NCBI GenBank assembly: GCA_965140415.1
Contig: OZ223209.1
Location: 4,128,001-4,192,000, forward strand
Source: Myxococcota bacterium
Lineage (GTDB): Bacteria > Myxococcota_A > SURF-8
Length of the DNA: 64,000 nucleotides
Direction of reading: 5' to 3'
This document shows, one piece after another, positions 51,340-61,285 of this stretch. Each line of letters opens with the position of its first letter. Positions within the stretch are counted from its first letter, which is position 1. The position numbers and the translations under genes are program-made. The notes under the pieces were generated by a model. The model had not been told where the DNA came from and searched no databases. It worked only from the letters and a program-made list of their open reading frames with translations.

Positions 51340-52034
51340 GTATATGACCCCATTATTTAGGCAAAGAGTAAGTTCTTGTAATTACTAATTTTACACGTAA
51401 TATCAGTCAGTTAAAATAAAATTAGTCTGACCTGTAGGTATGAAATGTTCAGTCAAAACCTGCCAATTCCAGCCATTTTCTTTGCAGTTTTGTCAAGATT
51501 TGTCAACGAATCTGGATGGTGAGCGAGTATCTGAGGGAGGCGTAAAATCAAGGTGTTTCTCTCTTTAGGATCTTGGTGGATTATCACGGATCGGGAATTT
51601 TCCTGGTTCGATGGGAGTATAACGAAATCAATTATGAAGGATTTCTGCTGTTAGGATGCGCTATTATACTGCTCAGGCATTTTTGAGATGGCTTCTAGTG
51701 ATTATCATTAAACTCCATGGGCCAGCTCAGTTAAGTCCCTGTTGACAGGTATAATTCAAGGTTTTAACATTCCTTTCGTTAAGTACCTACTATACAGCAT
51801 AGCACTTACTTTATAGTGTGTTATGAACTGATGGAGGGTGCCTATAATAATCGCATGCGACCTAAAAAAAGCTGGAGGCGTCGAGTTTTTCTGCTATTTT
51901 CAGCTTGCCATACATGTCATTGGAGGAAATTTGATTGCGTTTCCTCTATAAGGTCTGCAATCATTTCCCGATGACCTTATACAGTCATAAAGGGATGCCA
52001 CCTACTTGTATGATAACGGCAAGGTTGATTTCCG

Positions 52035-52712
52035 ATGTCTGAGAAAACGACTGAAGTTAAAGATAGCCACCTCCAACCCACACCAATCATCGACAGTGGA
52101 CATGAAAGAGTGCGTGCTTTTGCACTTGAACATGCCGGCAAATCCAACGATAAGGTTGAACAGGCCGTTGGGTTGTATTATGCGGTTCGCGATCTGATCC
52201 GCTACAATCCTTACACCTTTTCCCTAACCGTCGAAACGCTCAAGGCCTCCAGTAGTCTTACTACAGGCGAAGCATGGTGTGTGCCCAAGGCAGCCTTGCT
52301 TGCCGCCTGTTGCCGCGCAATGGGTATCCCGTCTCGTGTGGGATTCGCAGATGTCCGCAATCATCTGTCTACCAAACGTATGCGTGAAATGATGAAAACC
52401 GACGTGTTTCACTGGCACGGCTACACCCTGCTGTATCTTGAAGGCAAATGGGTGAAAGCGACTCCGGCATTCAACCGGGAACTGTGTGAACGATTCAACT
52501 TCAAGACGCTGGACTTCGATGGCACGCACGACTCTTTGTACCATCCTTTCGATCTTGATGGAAAGAAGCATATGGAGTATCTACACTTCAGGGGCGAGTA
52601 TGACGACGTGCCAATAGACGAAATGAAAGCGAGTATACAAGAGCTATACGGTAGCGAAACATTCGACGCAGACAACGCAGATTTTGACAAAGAAACGGAA
52701 AGGCTGGACTGA
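52035..52712 (+). CDS. transglutaminase-like family protein
   Basis: WCVPKA, GFADVRNH, WHGY, WVKATPAF. Confidence 0.9.
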   Translation: MSEKTTEVKDSHLQPTPIIDSGHERVRAFALEHAGKSNDKVEQAVGLYYAVRDLIRYNPYTFSLTVETLKASSSLTTGEAWCVPKAALLAACCRAMGIPSRVGFADVRNHLSTKRMREMMKTDVFHWHGYTLLYLEGKWVKATPAFNRELCERFNFKTLDFDGTHDSLYHPFDLDGKKHMEYLHFRGEYDDVPIDEMKASIQELYGSETFDADNADFDKETERLD

Positions 52713-53359
52713 TGACTCATCGGACGCTTTGGTACTTTACGGATTGTGTGTGCGCCTGGTGCTACAGCATGGCACCGAACATGGAACGCTTAATGGATGA
52801 ATTCGGAGATCGGATCAAGCTGCGCCTGGTTAGTTATGGTCTGTGTCCGGCAGAGCGGGCGATCGTTTTGAGACCGGAAAGTCGGGAGGGGTTTAAAAAG
52901 GAACTGAATCGCATCGAGACCCGCACCGGTGTGGCTTTCGGCCAAGCTTTTCGTAACTTGATCGAACAGGACGGTCTGGTTTTCGATAGTCATCCCGCCT
53001 CTAAAGCCTTGGCTCTATTGCGCCGTACTCAGTCCGATGACACACTCTCTTTTCTCCATGCTATCCAGCGTTCCGTATATGAGGACGGCCATCTTCCCGG
53101 TGATGAAGCCATGTTGAAAGAGCATTTGCTTCGCTTCGGTATCACTGAAGAAGTTTTCAAACGGGATTGGAATTCTGAAGAATTAGAAGACGACACCTAT
53201 GATGATTATGACCTGACCATGGAACGAGATATCAACATTGTTCCCAGCCTTTTAGTTCCCGATGAACCGAACGCACCGCGTTTCTGTTCGGGATTCATTC
53301 GCTATGATCTGCTCAAACAGCGGGTATCGGATTGGCTGGACCGACAAGCAATCGTGTAG
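52712..53359 (+). CDS. DsbA family protein
   Basis: DCVCAWCY, DSHPAS, IVPSL. Confidence 0.85.
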   Translation: MTHRTLWYFTDCVCAWCYSMAPNMERLMDEFGDRIKLRLVSYGLCPAERAIVLRPESREGFKKELNRIETRTGVAFGQAFRNLIEQDGLVFDSHPASKALALLRRTQSDDTLSFLHAIQRSVYEDGHLPGDEAMLKEHLLRFGITEEVFKRDWNSEELEDDTYDDYDLTMERDINIVPSLLVPDEPNAPRFCSGFIRYDLLKQRVSDWLDRQAIV

Positions 53360-53364
53360 CTTTA

Positions 53365-53670
53365 TCATTCCATCCAGAGGAAACGTTTCAGGTTTATCCG
53401 ATCGTTCTCATCGAAATGAACGCCCTCGCTCTGTAAAAGAGCTTTCTGTTCCTCATAACCTCTGGACCTGGGTAGGCTGATTGCACCCTTGGCATTGATG
53501 ACCCGTTGCCAGGGAAGATTATACTTGCGACTCATGGAATGGATGATTCGGGTCACCTGTCTGGCACCGTTGGGGTGTCCGGCCATGATTGCGATGGTTC
53601 CATATGTACAGACCTTCCCCTCTGGGATGCTTCTCATTATTTCGATCACTCTCCTGGTAAAGTCATTCAT
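53365..53670 (-). CDS. MGMT-family alkyltransferase-like protein
   Basis: IPEGKVCTYG, ARQV, PWQRVIN (Trp in place of the active Cys), LLQSEGV. Confidence 0.9.
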   Translation of the reverse strand: MNDFTRRVIEIMRSIPEGKVCTYGTIAIMAGHPNGARQVTRIIHSMSRKYNLPWQRVINAKGAISLPRSRGYEEQKALLQSEGVHFDENDRINLKRFLWME

Positions 53671-53893
53671 GATATTCTTGTATGGTCCGTACCTGAATCC
53701 CAGTTTCTTCAACTGAAAACGCTGGATACCGGGAGTTATTCTCAGCAGTTCCATAACTACTCCGAAAAGAACGTCAGTATCCGGTTGAAGTTCATACCAC
53801 ACCTGTCAATAAGCACCAACACGTAAAAAACAATCTGAGAAGTCCATTCCGATTATACTTGACTATTTGGCAAACTATCAAAACAATGTCTCC

Positions 53894-54205
53894 ATGACAT
53901 GTTGCACGACGAAAAAAACGAAGGAAGACTTCAAACGTCAGGCGAGAATCCACAAGGCACTGGCCAATGAGGCACGGCTGCTCATCGTAGACCGCTTGAA
54001 AAACTGCGAGTGTTCGGTGAGTGAGTTGGCATCAGCAGTGGAACTGGACATATCCACCGTGTCCAACCATCTTTCCGTACTTCTCTCCGCCGGGATTGTG
54101 GACAATCGCAAAGCAGGCACCACGGTCTATTACCGTCTGCTAACACCTTGTGTGCTTGACATGTTCGCATGCACCGAAAAGGTGTTGAAAAACCGCGACG
54201 GATAG
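53894..54205 (+). CDS. ArsR/SmtB family regulator
   Basis: KALANEARL, STVSNHLSVL, YYRL; CC near the N-terminus. Confidence 0.92.
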   Translation: MTCCTTKKTKEDFKRQARIHKALANEARLLIVDRLKNCECSVSELASAVELDISTVSNHLSVLLSAGIVDNRKAGTTVYYRLLTPCVLDMFACTEKVLKNRDG

Positions 54206-54398
54206 ATTTTCCCTATTGGAGAACACTCTATGACCGAACAATCAACTGTATTACATACAATCATTCAAGCCGGACACGGCAAAGCTAAAACAATGGGTCT
54301 TCACTTGGATGAATTGACTATACTATTGAAAACCTTACTGGATTACGAGTTATAAGCTTTTCTTCATTCTCTTTATGAGTAAGTTGTAGGGGTATCTA

Positions 54399-55607
54399 AT
54401 GTCCGAAAACCATTCATGGAAAGGTTGGGCGCTCTTCGGCGTCCTGTTTCTCGTCGCCACGCTGTCGGCGGCGCTCGTTACGAAACTATTGGTTCTGACC
54501 GCACTGCCGGTAGGCTTTCTGTTCGGGTTCTTTTTGCAAAAAGGCGACCTCTGCGGCTCAAGCGCCTTCAGCGAAGTGTTATTGATGAAGTCCTGGTCCA
54601 AGGTCTTCGGCATCTGGACGGTGATCGTCGTCTCAATGCTGGGCTTCGCTTTGCTGCATGGCTTCGATCTCATTACACTTACCATCAAACCGATGTGGTG
54701 GCTGAATTACCTGATCGGCGGCGCAGTCTTCGGTGTTGGTATGGTGCTGGCTGGAGGCTGCGTGTCGGGCTGCCTGTATAAAGCTGGGACAGGCAATCTC
54801 AACTCCATCGTGGCGTTGATCGGTATTCCGTTGGGCGTCTCGCTTGTGGAGTACGGACCTTTGAAGGGACTCTACAACGGCATGAAATCCGTGACGACGA
54901 CCGCACCGGATGGTGGCCCGCTGAGTCTTTTCGCGCTGCTCGGTGTTCCTTACTGGACGCTGGCGATCTTTTTCGCTGTGGCAACGATTATTGCTCTGGT
55001 TTTCTGGAAGAGAAAGTCTAGCAAAACCAACCCCCAACCCAAAACAGTAAAAGGATTCAAAGACTGGTTGATGCACCCATGGAAACCCTGGCAGGCGGGG
55101 GTGGCCATCGGATTGCTTGCCATGGCGGCCTATATGTCCTCCGCTGCCAGCGGACGAAACTATCCCCTCGGCGTCACCCACGGCGTGCTGTTCACTCAGG
55201 TGCTGATTACCGACTCCAGCATCCAGCACGTTTACGAGAAACCCGATCCCAAACCGGTGGTTTCAGATGCAAAACCGTTAGCCCCAAAACCAGAGAAAAA
55301 GGTTGTCTGGTGGCTGGTGTTGCTGGTCGGCGCTCTTGTGCTCGGCTCACACACCTCGGCGAGACTGTCAGGGCAAGCAAAGCTTCTTCCTAAACCACCT
55401 GATCAGGTACTGATCGCCCTGCTTGGCGGCTTCCTTGTCGGCACAGGTGCCGCGCTGGCCAAAGGATGCGTGGTCGGCAATATCATGAGCGGCTGGGCAC
55501 TGATGAGCCTTGGCACGGTATTTTTCGGTGTGGTGGCGATTCTGGCCAACTGGGCGACGACATATGTCTATCTGATGGGCGGGAACCCATTCTCCGGTAG
55601 GAAATGA
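54399..55607 (+). CDS. YeeE/YedE sulfur-compound transporter
   Basis: GDLC, FGVGMVLAGGCVSG, LAKGCVVG. Confidence 0.88.
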   Translation: MSENHSWKGWALFGVLFLVATLSAALVTKLLVLTALPVGFLFGFFLQKGDLCGSSAFSEVLLMKSWSKVFGIWTVIVVSMLGFALLHGFDLITLTIKPMWWLNYLIGGAVFGVGMVLAGGCVSGCLYKAGTGNLNSIVALIGIPLGVSLVEYGPLKGLYNGMKSVTTTAPDGGPLSLFALLGVPYWTLAIFFAVATIIALVFWKRKSSKTNPQPKTVKGFKDWLMHPWKPWQAGVAIGLLAMAAYMSSAASGRNYPLGVTHGVLFTQVLITDSSIQHVYEKPDPKPVVSDAKPLAPKPEKKVVWWLVLLVGALVLGSHTSARLSGQAKLLPKPPDQVLIALLGGFLVGTGAALAKGCVVGNIMSGWALMSLGTVFFGVVAILANWATTYVYLMGGNPFSGRK

Positions 55608-55699
55608 TTGCACCGGAGGCGATCAGAAGATAGCGAATCGAAAGGATGAAAAAAGAGAAGCGGGCATCATGTCCCACTTCTCTGTCAGAGACCAAGATT

Positions 55700-57103
55700 C
55701 TAGGGTTCCTCTTCTTCCTGTTCACCGCAGAGGCAGGGGTCATCGGACTCGTTTACATCGCAACCGCCGCTTGTGTAAGAAGGATCAACAGCGGTGCAGA
55801 TGTCATCGCAGGATTGCATGGTCCAGTATCCGTAGTAGTAATCCTCACCTTCGCAGACAGACAGCATCCCGTTTTCCTCACAGTACATCTCGCCGGGGAA
55901 GCACTCCGGCATGACGCCGTCCATTGCACCATATTCACAGTTGCACAGTTCCGTTCCGCCTTCGTAACAACCCAGTGAATAGTAGTCGTAGCCATAGTTT
56001 TCATAACACCAATCATTGCAACTCATCGACTGGTAATAGCCCGGCTCGCCCTGGTGATCGGCTGGATCTGAATCGTCGTAGGGAGTGCAGCGGTTCAGGT
56101 TGTAATCATCCGCACACTGATCCTCGCCCACGAAACACTCAATGGGCTCGCCTTCGATTATGCCATATTCACACTGGCAGGGATTCTGCGTATCTTCCGC
56201 ATCGCAACCATAGGAGACATAATCCGCACCAAATTCCTCTACGCAGTAATCTTCGCAAAGGTACATTGTGAACCATTCACTGGGATTCTCACAGACGAAC
56301 AACTTCGATCCGTCCTCGCAATACATTTCCCCCGAAGTACAATAGGCAAGATCTCCGTCGGGAATGTCTTCGCCATCTCCATCCACATCTCCATCGATAT
56401 CACCATCCGGCAACTGACAGTCGCACAGATTACCGCTCTGATCTTCATCGCAGATCGAACTTGGCTGGTACTCTTCCCCGAACTGGCTTTCGCAATATTC
56501 CTCACAGGTCTTGTACTGGAACATGCTGGTATCGTCGCACACCTGCACGGTCTCGTTATCCAGGCAATACACCTCCCCCGGTGTACATTCCACCATGACA
56601 CCTAGCAACATGTCGTACTCGCATTCGCAGCCACTGGGATCGTCCGACGAGCACTGGATGCTGAAGATTTCCTCGTCCGGCGGTCGATGCTCCGCGCAGT
56701 AATCGTTGCAGTTAACCGTAACGATTTCCCCATCGCGGCATAAAGTCGCCTCGAAGTTTTCGCTACAGGCCAAAAGCTGATCCGCGCCACAGGAACTGTC
56801 GCCATCGATTTCGTAATCCACATCCCCCACCGGCACTCCGGCCAGGGCGTTGTCGCTGTCCGTTTCCACCGCATCCTGATCCCCTTGCCCGATAATGATG
56901 GTGTCTGAGTCCGAGCACGATGGGCTTCCCAGCGCCAGTCCTGCCGCCAGTAGCAACGTTACCGCCGCACGTGCGACTTTTTGCGGGAAGAACCAGGAAA
57001 GCCACAGCGCCCGCGCAGTTAGACTCTGAGCGCTTTCACTGCCGTACCGGGCCTGCCGATACCGTTTGATGGGCTGCACCTTAAAGGGGGATTTCTTGTT
57101 CAT
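55700..57103 (-). CDS. Cys-rich repeat lipoprotein with N-terminal leader-like extension
   Basis: Basic/Tyr N-terminus, hydrophobic stretch ending GSPSC, five 8-Cys repeats; 29 nt downstream of the rSAM gene. Confidence 0.85.
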   Translation of the reverse strand: MNKKSPFKVQPIKRYRQARYGSESAQSLTARALWLSWFFPQKVARAAVTLLLAAGLALGSPSCSDSDTIIIGQGDQDAVETDSDNALAGVPVGDVDYEIDGDSSCGADQLLACSENFEATLCRDGEIVTVNCNDYCAEHRPPDEEIFSIQCSSDDPSGCECEYDMLLGVMVECTPGEVYCLDNETVQVCDDTSMFQYKTCEEYCESQFGEEYQPSSICDEDQSGNLCDCQLPDGDIDGDVDGDGEDIPDGDLAYCTSGEMYCEDGSKLFVCENPSEWFTMYLCEDYCVEEFGADYVSYGCDAEDTQNPCQCEYGIIEGEPIECFVGEDQCADDYNLNRCTPYDDSDPADHQGEPGYYQSMSCNDWCYENYGYDYYSLGCYEGGTELCNCEYGAMDGVMPECFPGEMYCEENGMLSVCEGEDYYYGYWTMQSCDDICTAVDPSYTSGGCDVNESDDPCLCGEQEEEEP

Positions 57104-57132
57104 AATGACACCTTTATTTTATTCGTCGGTTT

Positions 57133-58254
57133 TCAATCGTAACCGTATTCCAACTGGTCCTGCTGATAACGATATTGTTTTTTCAGAAAATGCCGGTCCT
57201 TTTCCGCCCATAGAATGTTGCCGATTTCATCCGAAATGGGAATCAGCATGCGTTCGTGTTCGCATAGAATCGGGGCTACCTGGGTCAGTTCACCGGTAAG
57301 CTGCCAGTTCATACAACCGCAGTAGTTGGCACAACGTCCCTGCATGGCACAACCCTCACACTGGGGCCGGGGTTGCTTGTTGCGTTGAATCAACATCTGC
57401 CAGCGCTCGTTCAAGCCGGTGTCGGCGTGCCCGATCTGATACTCCTGCGCGTCGGGTCGGTCGCTGACGAACTGCACGCAGGGGAAAATACGACCATCCG
57501 GTGCCATGGAAATCTTCCGCTTACCGAAATCACATATTTCACCCAACTGAATCGGTGAACGGGCATGGCTTTTCAGTTTCTCATCGAACAGGCTCATATA
57601 GAAATATTCGCCGCTGCAGGTAGTCTCGATGTACCACCTGGCCAGCTTCTTGTAACTTTCCCGCAACGCCTCGAATGATTCCAGATCCCAGTCCGGATCG
57701 CTGAAGGCGGGTTGATGCACCATATAGCGAATTCCGCGCGACCACATGTACAGAATCGACTCGTAGAGGCGGTCGGCGGATTTGGGAGTAATGACGCTGG
57801 TAAAAATGCTGCGCGGATTGTAGCGCAGGATCATATCCAGTTTGCTGTCGATCAAATCGAAACTGCCACGCCCATCGGGTAAAATGCGTTGGCCGTCGTG
57901 AGCTTGACGATCACCATCTAACGAGATTGCATACAGGATGTTGTTATCGCGGCAAAACGCCAGACGTTCTTCGTTAAACAGCGTTCCATTGGTGCTTAGC
58001 CTGAAATGCATGGATTTTCCGACTTCACGCCCGCGCTGTAAGGAATACTCTGTCAATCGTTGCAGTAAATCGAACTGTAACAACGGCTCGCCACCGAAAT
58101 AGGAAACACAGGCGGAATTCTGACCGAGTTTCACTGCCAGATCGATCCCTTTTCGAGCGGTCTGCTCACTCATGTCTTCCTGAACTTTGCCGGGTGCATA
58201 GCAATAGGTACAGCGCAAGTTGCAGTTTTTCGTGAGATGTAAAATAATCTTCAT
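57133..58254 (-). CDS. radical SAM/SPASM domain enzyme
   Basis: CNLRCTYC, FGGEPLL, TNG, ISLDG; SPASM CDFG..DGRIFPC..CEGC..C..C.C..C. Confidence 0.95.
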   Translation of the reverse strand: MKIILHLTKNCNLRCTYCYAPGKVQEDMSEQTARKGIDLAVKLGQNSACVSYFGGEPLLQFDLLQRLTEYSLQRGREVGKSMHFRLSTNGTLFNEERLAFCRDNNILYAISLDGDRQAHDGQRILPDGRGSFDLIDSKLDMILRYNPRSIFTSVITPKSADRLYESILYMWSRGIRYMVHQPAFSDPDWDLESFEALRESYKKLARWYIETTCSGEYFYMSLFDEKLKSHARSPIQLGEICDFGKRKISMAPDGRIFPCVQFVSDRPDAQEYQIGHADTGLNERWQMLIQRNKQPRPQCEGCAMQGRCANYCGCMNWQLTGELTQVAPILCEHERMLIPISDEIGNILWAEKDRHFLKKQYRYQQDQLEYGYD

Positions 58255-58572
58255 AAACTCGGCACCCTTTCGAATCTCAGTGGCGGACAACTTGAAAAGC
58301 AAGTTTCAGGCCAAATGATAGCAGCCGAACTTCAATAGCACAACTGACTTAACTATCTATTTTCACTAATTTATTATTACCCTTACCAATCAAACAGATC
58401 GATTCGCTTCCGTAAAGTGTCAAGCCAGCCTGTCATGTCCGCCATTGTTGACATCGTTAGCACTTTCTTCCCCTCCCCTTTTCCCCTGATTTCCATCACC
58501 ACACTTGACAGAAACCAGGGAAATTGTTTTGATATCGTTCAAGATCTCAAACCGTATCAAGGAAAATCGCAC

Positions 58573-59232
58573 ATGCAAACCATCAAGTTCAATGGCGAGA
58601 CAATCACCTCCAGCAAAGTGATTTGCGTCGGCCAGAATTATCTGACCCACATTCGCGAAATGGGCGGAAACGAGATTCCGGAAGAACCGGTGCTGTTTTT
58701 AAAACCCAACTCTGCGATTCGCTATAACCCACAGGAAATCACCATTCCCGCCTCACTCGGATTATTACATCACGAGGTGGAACTCTGTTTTCTAATCGGT
58801 AAAAAGGGATGTAATATTCCGGTTGAACAGGCGCAGGAATACATCGCCGCCTATTGCATCGGCATCGACTTCACCCTGCGCGATCGCCAAAACGTCGCCC
58901 GCAAATCCGGCCTACCCTGGGATCTGGCCAAAGGCTTCGATGCTTCCGGCATATACGGAGAGCTGGTTGCTTGTGACAAACTTTCGAATATCAACAACTT
59001 GGATGTCTCACTTACTCTGAATGGGAAATTGCGACAACAGGGACACACCTCGGATCTGCTTCGAAAACCCAATGAATTGCTTAGTTACGCCAGCCGCTTT
59101 GTGACACTGGAAGTGGGTGATCTGTTCATGACCGGTACCCCGAAAGGTGTTGGAGCCGTGGAAGATGGCGACCGCATCCTGGCGGAAATCAGCACCCTAC
59201 CCAGCCTGGAATTTATAGTTCACCGCTCCTAA
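58573..59232 (+). CDS. fumarylacetoacetate hydrolase family protein
   Basis: CVGQNY, FLKP, HHEVEL, DFTLRD, AKGFD, TGTPKG. Confidence 0.93.
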   Translation: MQTIKFNGETITSSKVICVGQNYLTHIREMGGNEIPEEPVLFLKPNSAIRYNPQEITIPASLGLLHHEVELCFLIGKKGCNIPVEQAQEYIAAYCIGIDFTLRDRQNVARKSGLPWDLAKGFDASGIYGELVACDKLSNINNLDVSLTLNGKLRQQGHTSDLLRKPNELLSYASRFVTLEVGDLFMTGTPKGVGAVEDGDRILAEISTLPSLEFIVHRS

Positions 59233-59307
59233 ATCAGGTTATATTGTTATTTCTGGTTCATTTTAACTTTTAATTACAAACAGTTAACCAACTAGGAAAA
59301 TTTTTCC

Positions 59308-59334
59308 TAAAGCTTTTTGCTCATTTGCCGAATA
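59308..59334 (+). promoter_or_regulatory. putative sigma28 promoter
   Basis: TAAA-N15-GCCGAATA upstream of the YjfB-like gene. Confidence 0.6.
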
Positions 59335-59379
59335 CACATACAGGAGTGTTTTATTACGGGTCTGGACAAGGATGCCACC

Positions 59380-59589
59380 ATGATTTCATCACTCGCTTCC
59401 ACAATTCTCAATTCCCAAGCCGCCTCTCAGCAGCAGGAAATCGCAGTTGCCGTAGCCAAGATGGCGCTGGATTCTCAAAAAAGCGAAGGAGCGGCATTAG
59501 TTGAGATGCTGCAACAGAACGTCGCAGCGGCACAAATGGCCAACGCCATCGATTCTCAACTTGGCCAGATGGTCGACGTCTACGCCTAA
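59380..59589 (+). CDS. YjfB-family (putative motility) small protein
   Basis: IAVAVAKMALDSQKSEGAALVEML...LGQMVDVYA. Confidence 0.8.
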   Translation: MISSLASTILNSQAASQQQEIAVAVAKMALDSQKSEGAALVEMLQQNVAAAQMANAIDSQLGQMVDVYA

Positions 59590-59702
59590 GTTAATTTAGC
59601 TCTGCCCACCCACGAATTCTTGTAGGATTCTCTTCCAATCAGGATGCAGGCAGTCACATGATCTGCACGTTGCGGTTCTGATCCCAGAATCTACGAAAAC
59701 AC

Positions 59703-59727
59703 AAAAAACGGCGGGATCGACCCGCCG
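59703..59727 (-). terminator. intrinsic terminator of the TPR gene
   Basis: cggcggg-atcga-cccgccg stem with T6 on the minus strand. Confidence 0.7.
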
Positions 59728-59756
59728 CTATAAGTAACTTTTCCTTGTACTACTCT

Positions 59757-60899
59757 TTATTTTCCGAATAGAGCCTTGCCGCCGGCTCTGCGTTCACCGG
59801 CTTTAATCTGTCGGATCACCTCCAGGATTTCCGCTTTGATCGACAACATTTCATGCGTCATGGGAGGATTGGCTTTCATCGTTTTGTAAAGTTTGACGAA
59901 AGTGGCTAGCGCATCTTCGGTGAGATCGGGAGAAAGGTATTGTGACCATCCCAGCTTGTACAGAATTCGATAATAGGTTTTACCGGGTTTGTAATGCTCC
60001 AGCGCCTGTTCATAGAGCGTAGCCGCCTTCGAATAGTGATCAAAGGCAGTCGGCGTATCGAATTCATACTCCGCCATACGGAAATAGGCATCGCCTAGAT
60101 ATTTGCTACTCGGGTATTTCTTAACGAAAGACCGCCACAGGGCAATCGCCTGTTTCTGCATGCCGACTTCCATCTTCACCGCCGCCAGCAGACGATGAAC
60201 GCTGTCCATCGCTTTGAAGCCGGGAAAGCGCTTTCCGATTTCTTCGCAGGCTGCGATGATACGCTCATAATTGCTGTTGTATTCACGCGAAATCATGATG
60301 GAAGGCTGCCCATTCAGAATCGACCTCGGTTTGACAGGAGCGACTTCCACATCCTTGTCGCCATCGGCAACGGGTTGCGGTTCTGCGACAGGCTTGGTTT
60401 CCTGCTGCAACGCTTGCGGTGCCTGGCTTCGCACGGCGTAAAGCTCCTGGGCGAAAAAGAGCAAAATGTAAGGATCGGCATCCAGCTTCAATCGCTCAGT
60501 CGCTAAAAATGCAAAAGCCTTACGAAGTTCGTCCAGTTCCTTGTTCATTTCGCTGACTTTGACATTCAACTCGGCGTGAATACCTTCAATTTTCTCTTTG
60601 CTGCTGACCGCATCCAAACTACTATCGGAGTAAATTGCGTTCAGTTGTTTATCGCGATCGGCTTCCAACTGCGCCAACTGCTTCGGATACTGCAACAACT
60701 TCAAATGGATCTGGTACAGTCCCTGATCTGTCTCGTTGAATACCTCTGGAAATTCAACAAGTTGGGGACGAAACTCCAAACTAAACTGTAGTCCGGGCGA
60801 GGAAATCGCCTGAGCGCTTAAAGGAATCAACAACATCAAGATTGCGAGCAAACAACCCGTAATCCGGCTTTTTGTTTGAATCATGCGAGCTTGCGGCAT
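59757..60899 (-). CDS. secreted tetratricopeptide-repeat protein
   Basis: RBS aggag, signal peptide, FVKKYPSSKYLGDAYFRMAEY, LYKLGW. Confidence 0.8.
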   Translation of the reverse strand: MPQARMIQTKSRITGCLLAILMLLIPLSAQAISSPGLQFSLEFRPQLVEFPEVFNETDQGLYQIHLKLLQYPKQLAQLEADRDKQLNAIYSDSSLDAVSSKEKIEGIHAELNVKVSEMNKELDELRKAFAFLATERLKLDADPYILLFFAQELYAVRSQAPQALQQETKPVAEPQPVADGDKDVEVAPVKPRSILNGQPSIMISREYNSNYERIIAACEEIGKRFPGFKAMDSVHRLLAAVKMEVGMQKQAIALWRSFVKKYPSSKYLGDAYFRMAEYEFDTPTAFDHYSKAATLYEQALEHYKPGKTYYRILYKLGWSQYLSPDLTEDALATFVKLYKTMKANPPMTHEMLSIKAEILEVIRQIKAGERRAGGKALFGK

Positions 60900-61285
60900 A
60901 GTGATTTTTCTCCTTGCCAGTAGCGTTGCGATTTTATCTATGTACATTCCAAATGATCGAGTATTGTTGCTGACTCGTGAAGTCATTAAACGAAAGCCTT
61001 TTTCTCCGACATCAAGCAGGAAAAAAGCCCCACGCCCCCAGTAGAACGAGTTCGGTAGAGGGCTCAAATCATTTTGTTTGTCTGTTCGAACGTTATTCGA
61101 TTCGATTGGCTACACCCGACTTCAGGCAGGTTTGCCGCACGTTTCGTTTAAGTAGCGTACCACTCGCTTCTTTTCAGTGTCAAGCTTTTTACCCGAGACT
61201 CAAACAGTCATTTTCGTAGAAAATCCTTGACCTTACCGCGACAGAACAGCTACCCTTCCATGGGTGACGCAAAAGGAGGAATCGG

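Noticed and set aside
51293-51370. Functional tRNA-Thr gene
   Set aside because: D arm and 5' acceptor strand are missing; sequence beyond 51339 does not pair with the 3' end
57133-58254. Anaerobic sulfatase maturase linked to the FGE-sulfatase domains
   Set aside because: No CxPxR/SxPxR sulfatase seen in the window and the FGE domains lack catalytic cysteines; a sulfatase elsewhere in the genome cannot be excluded
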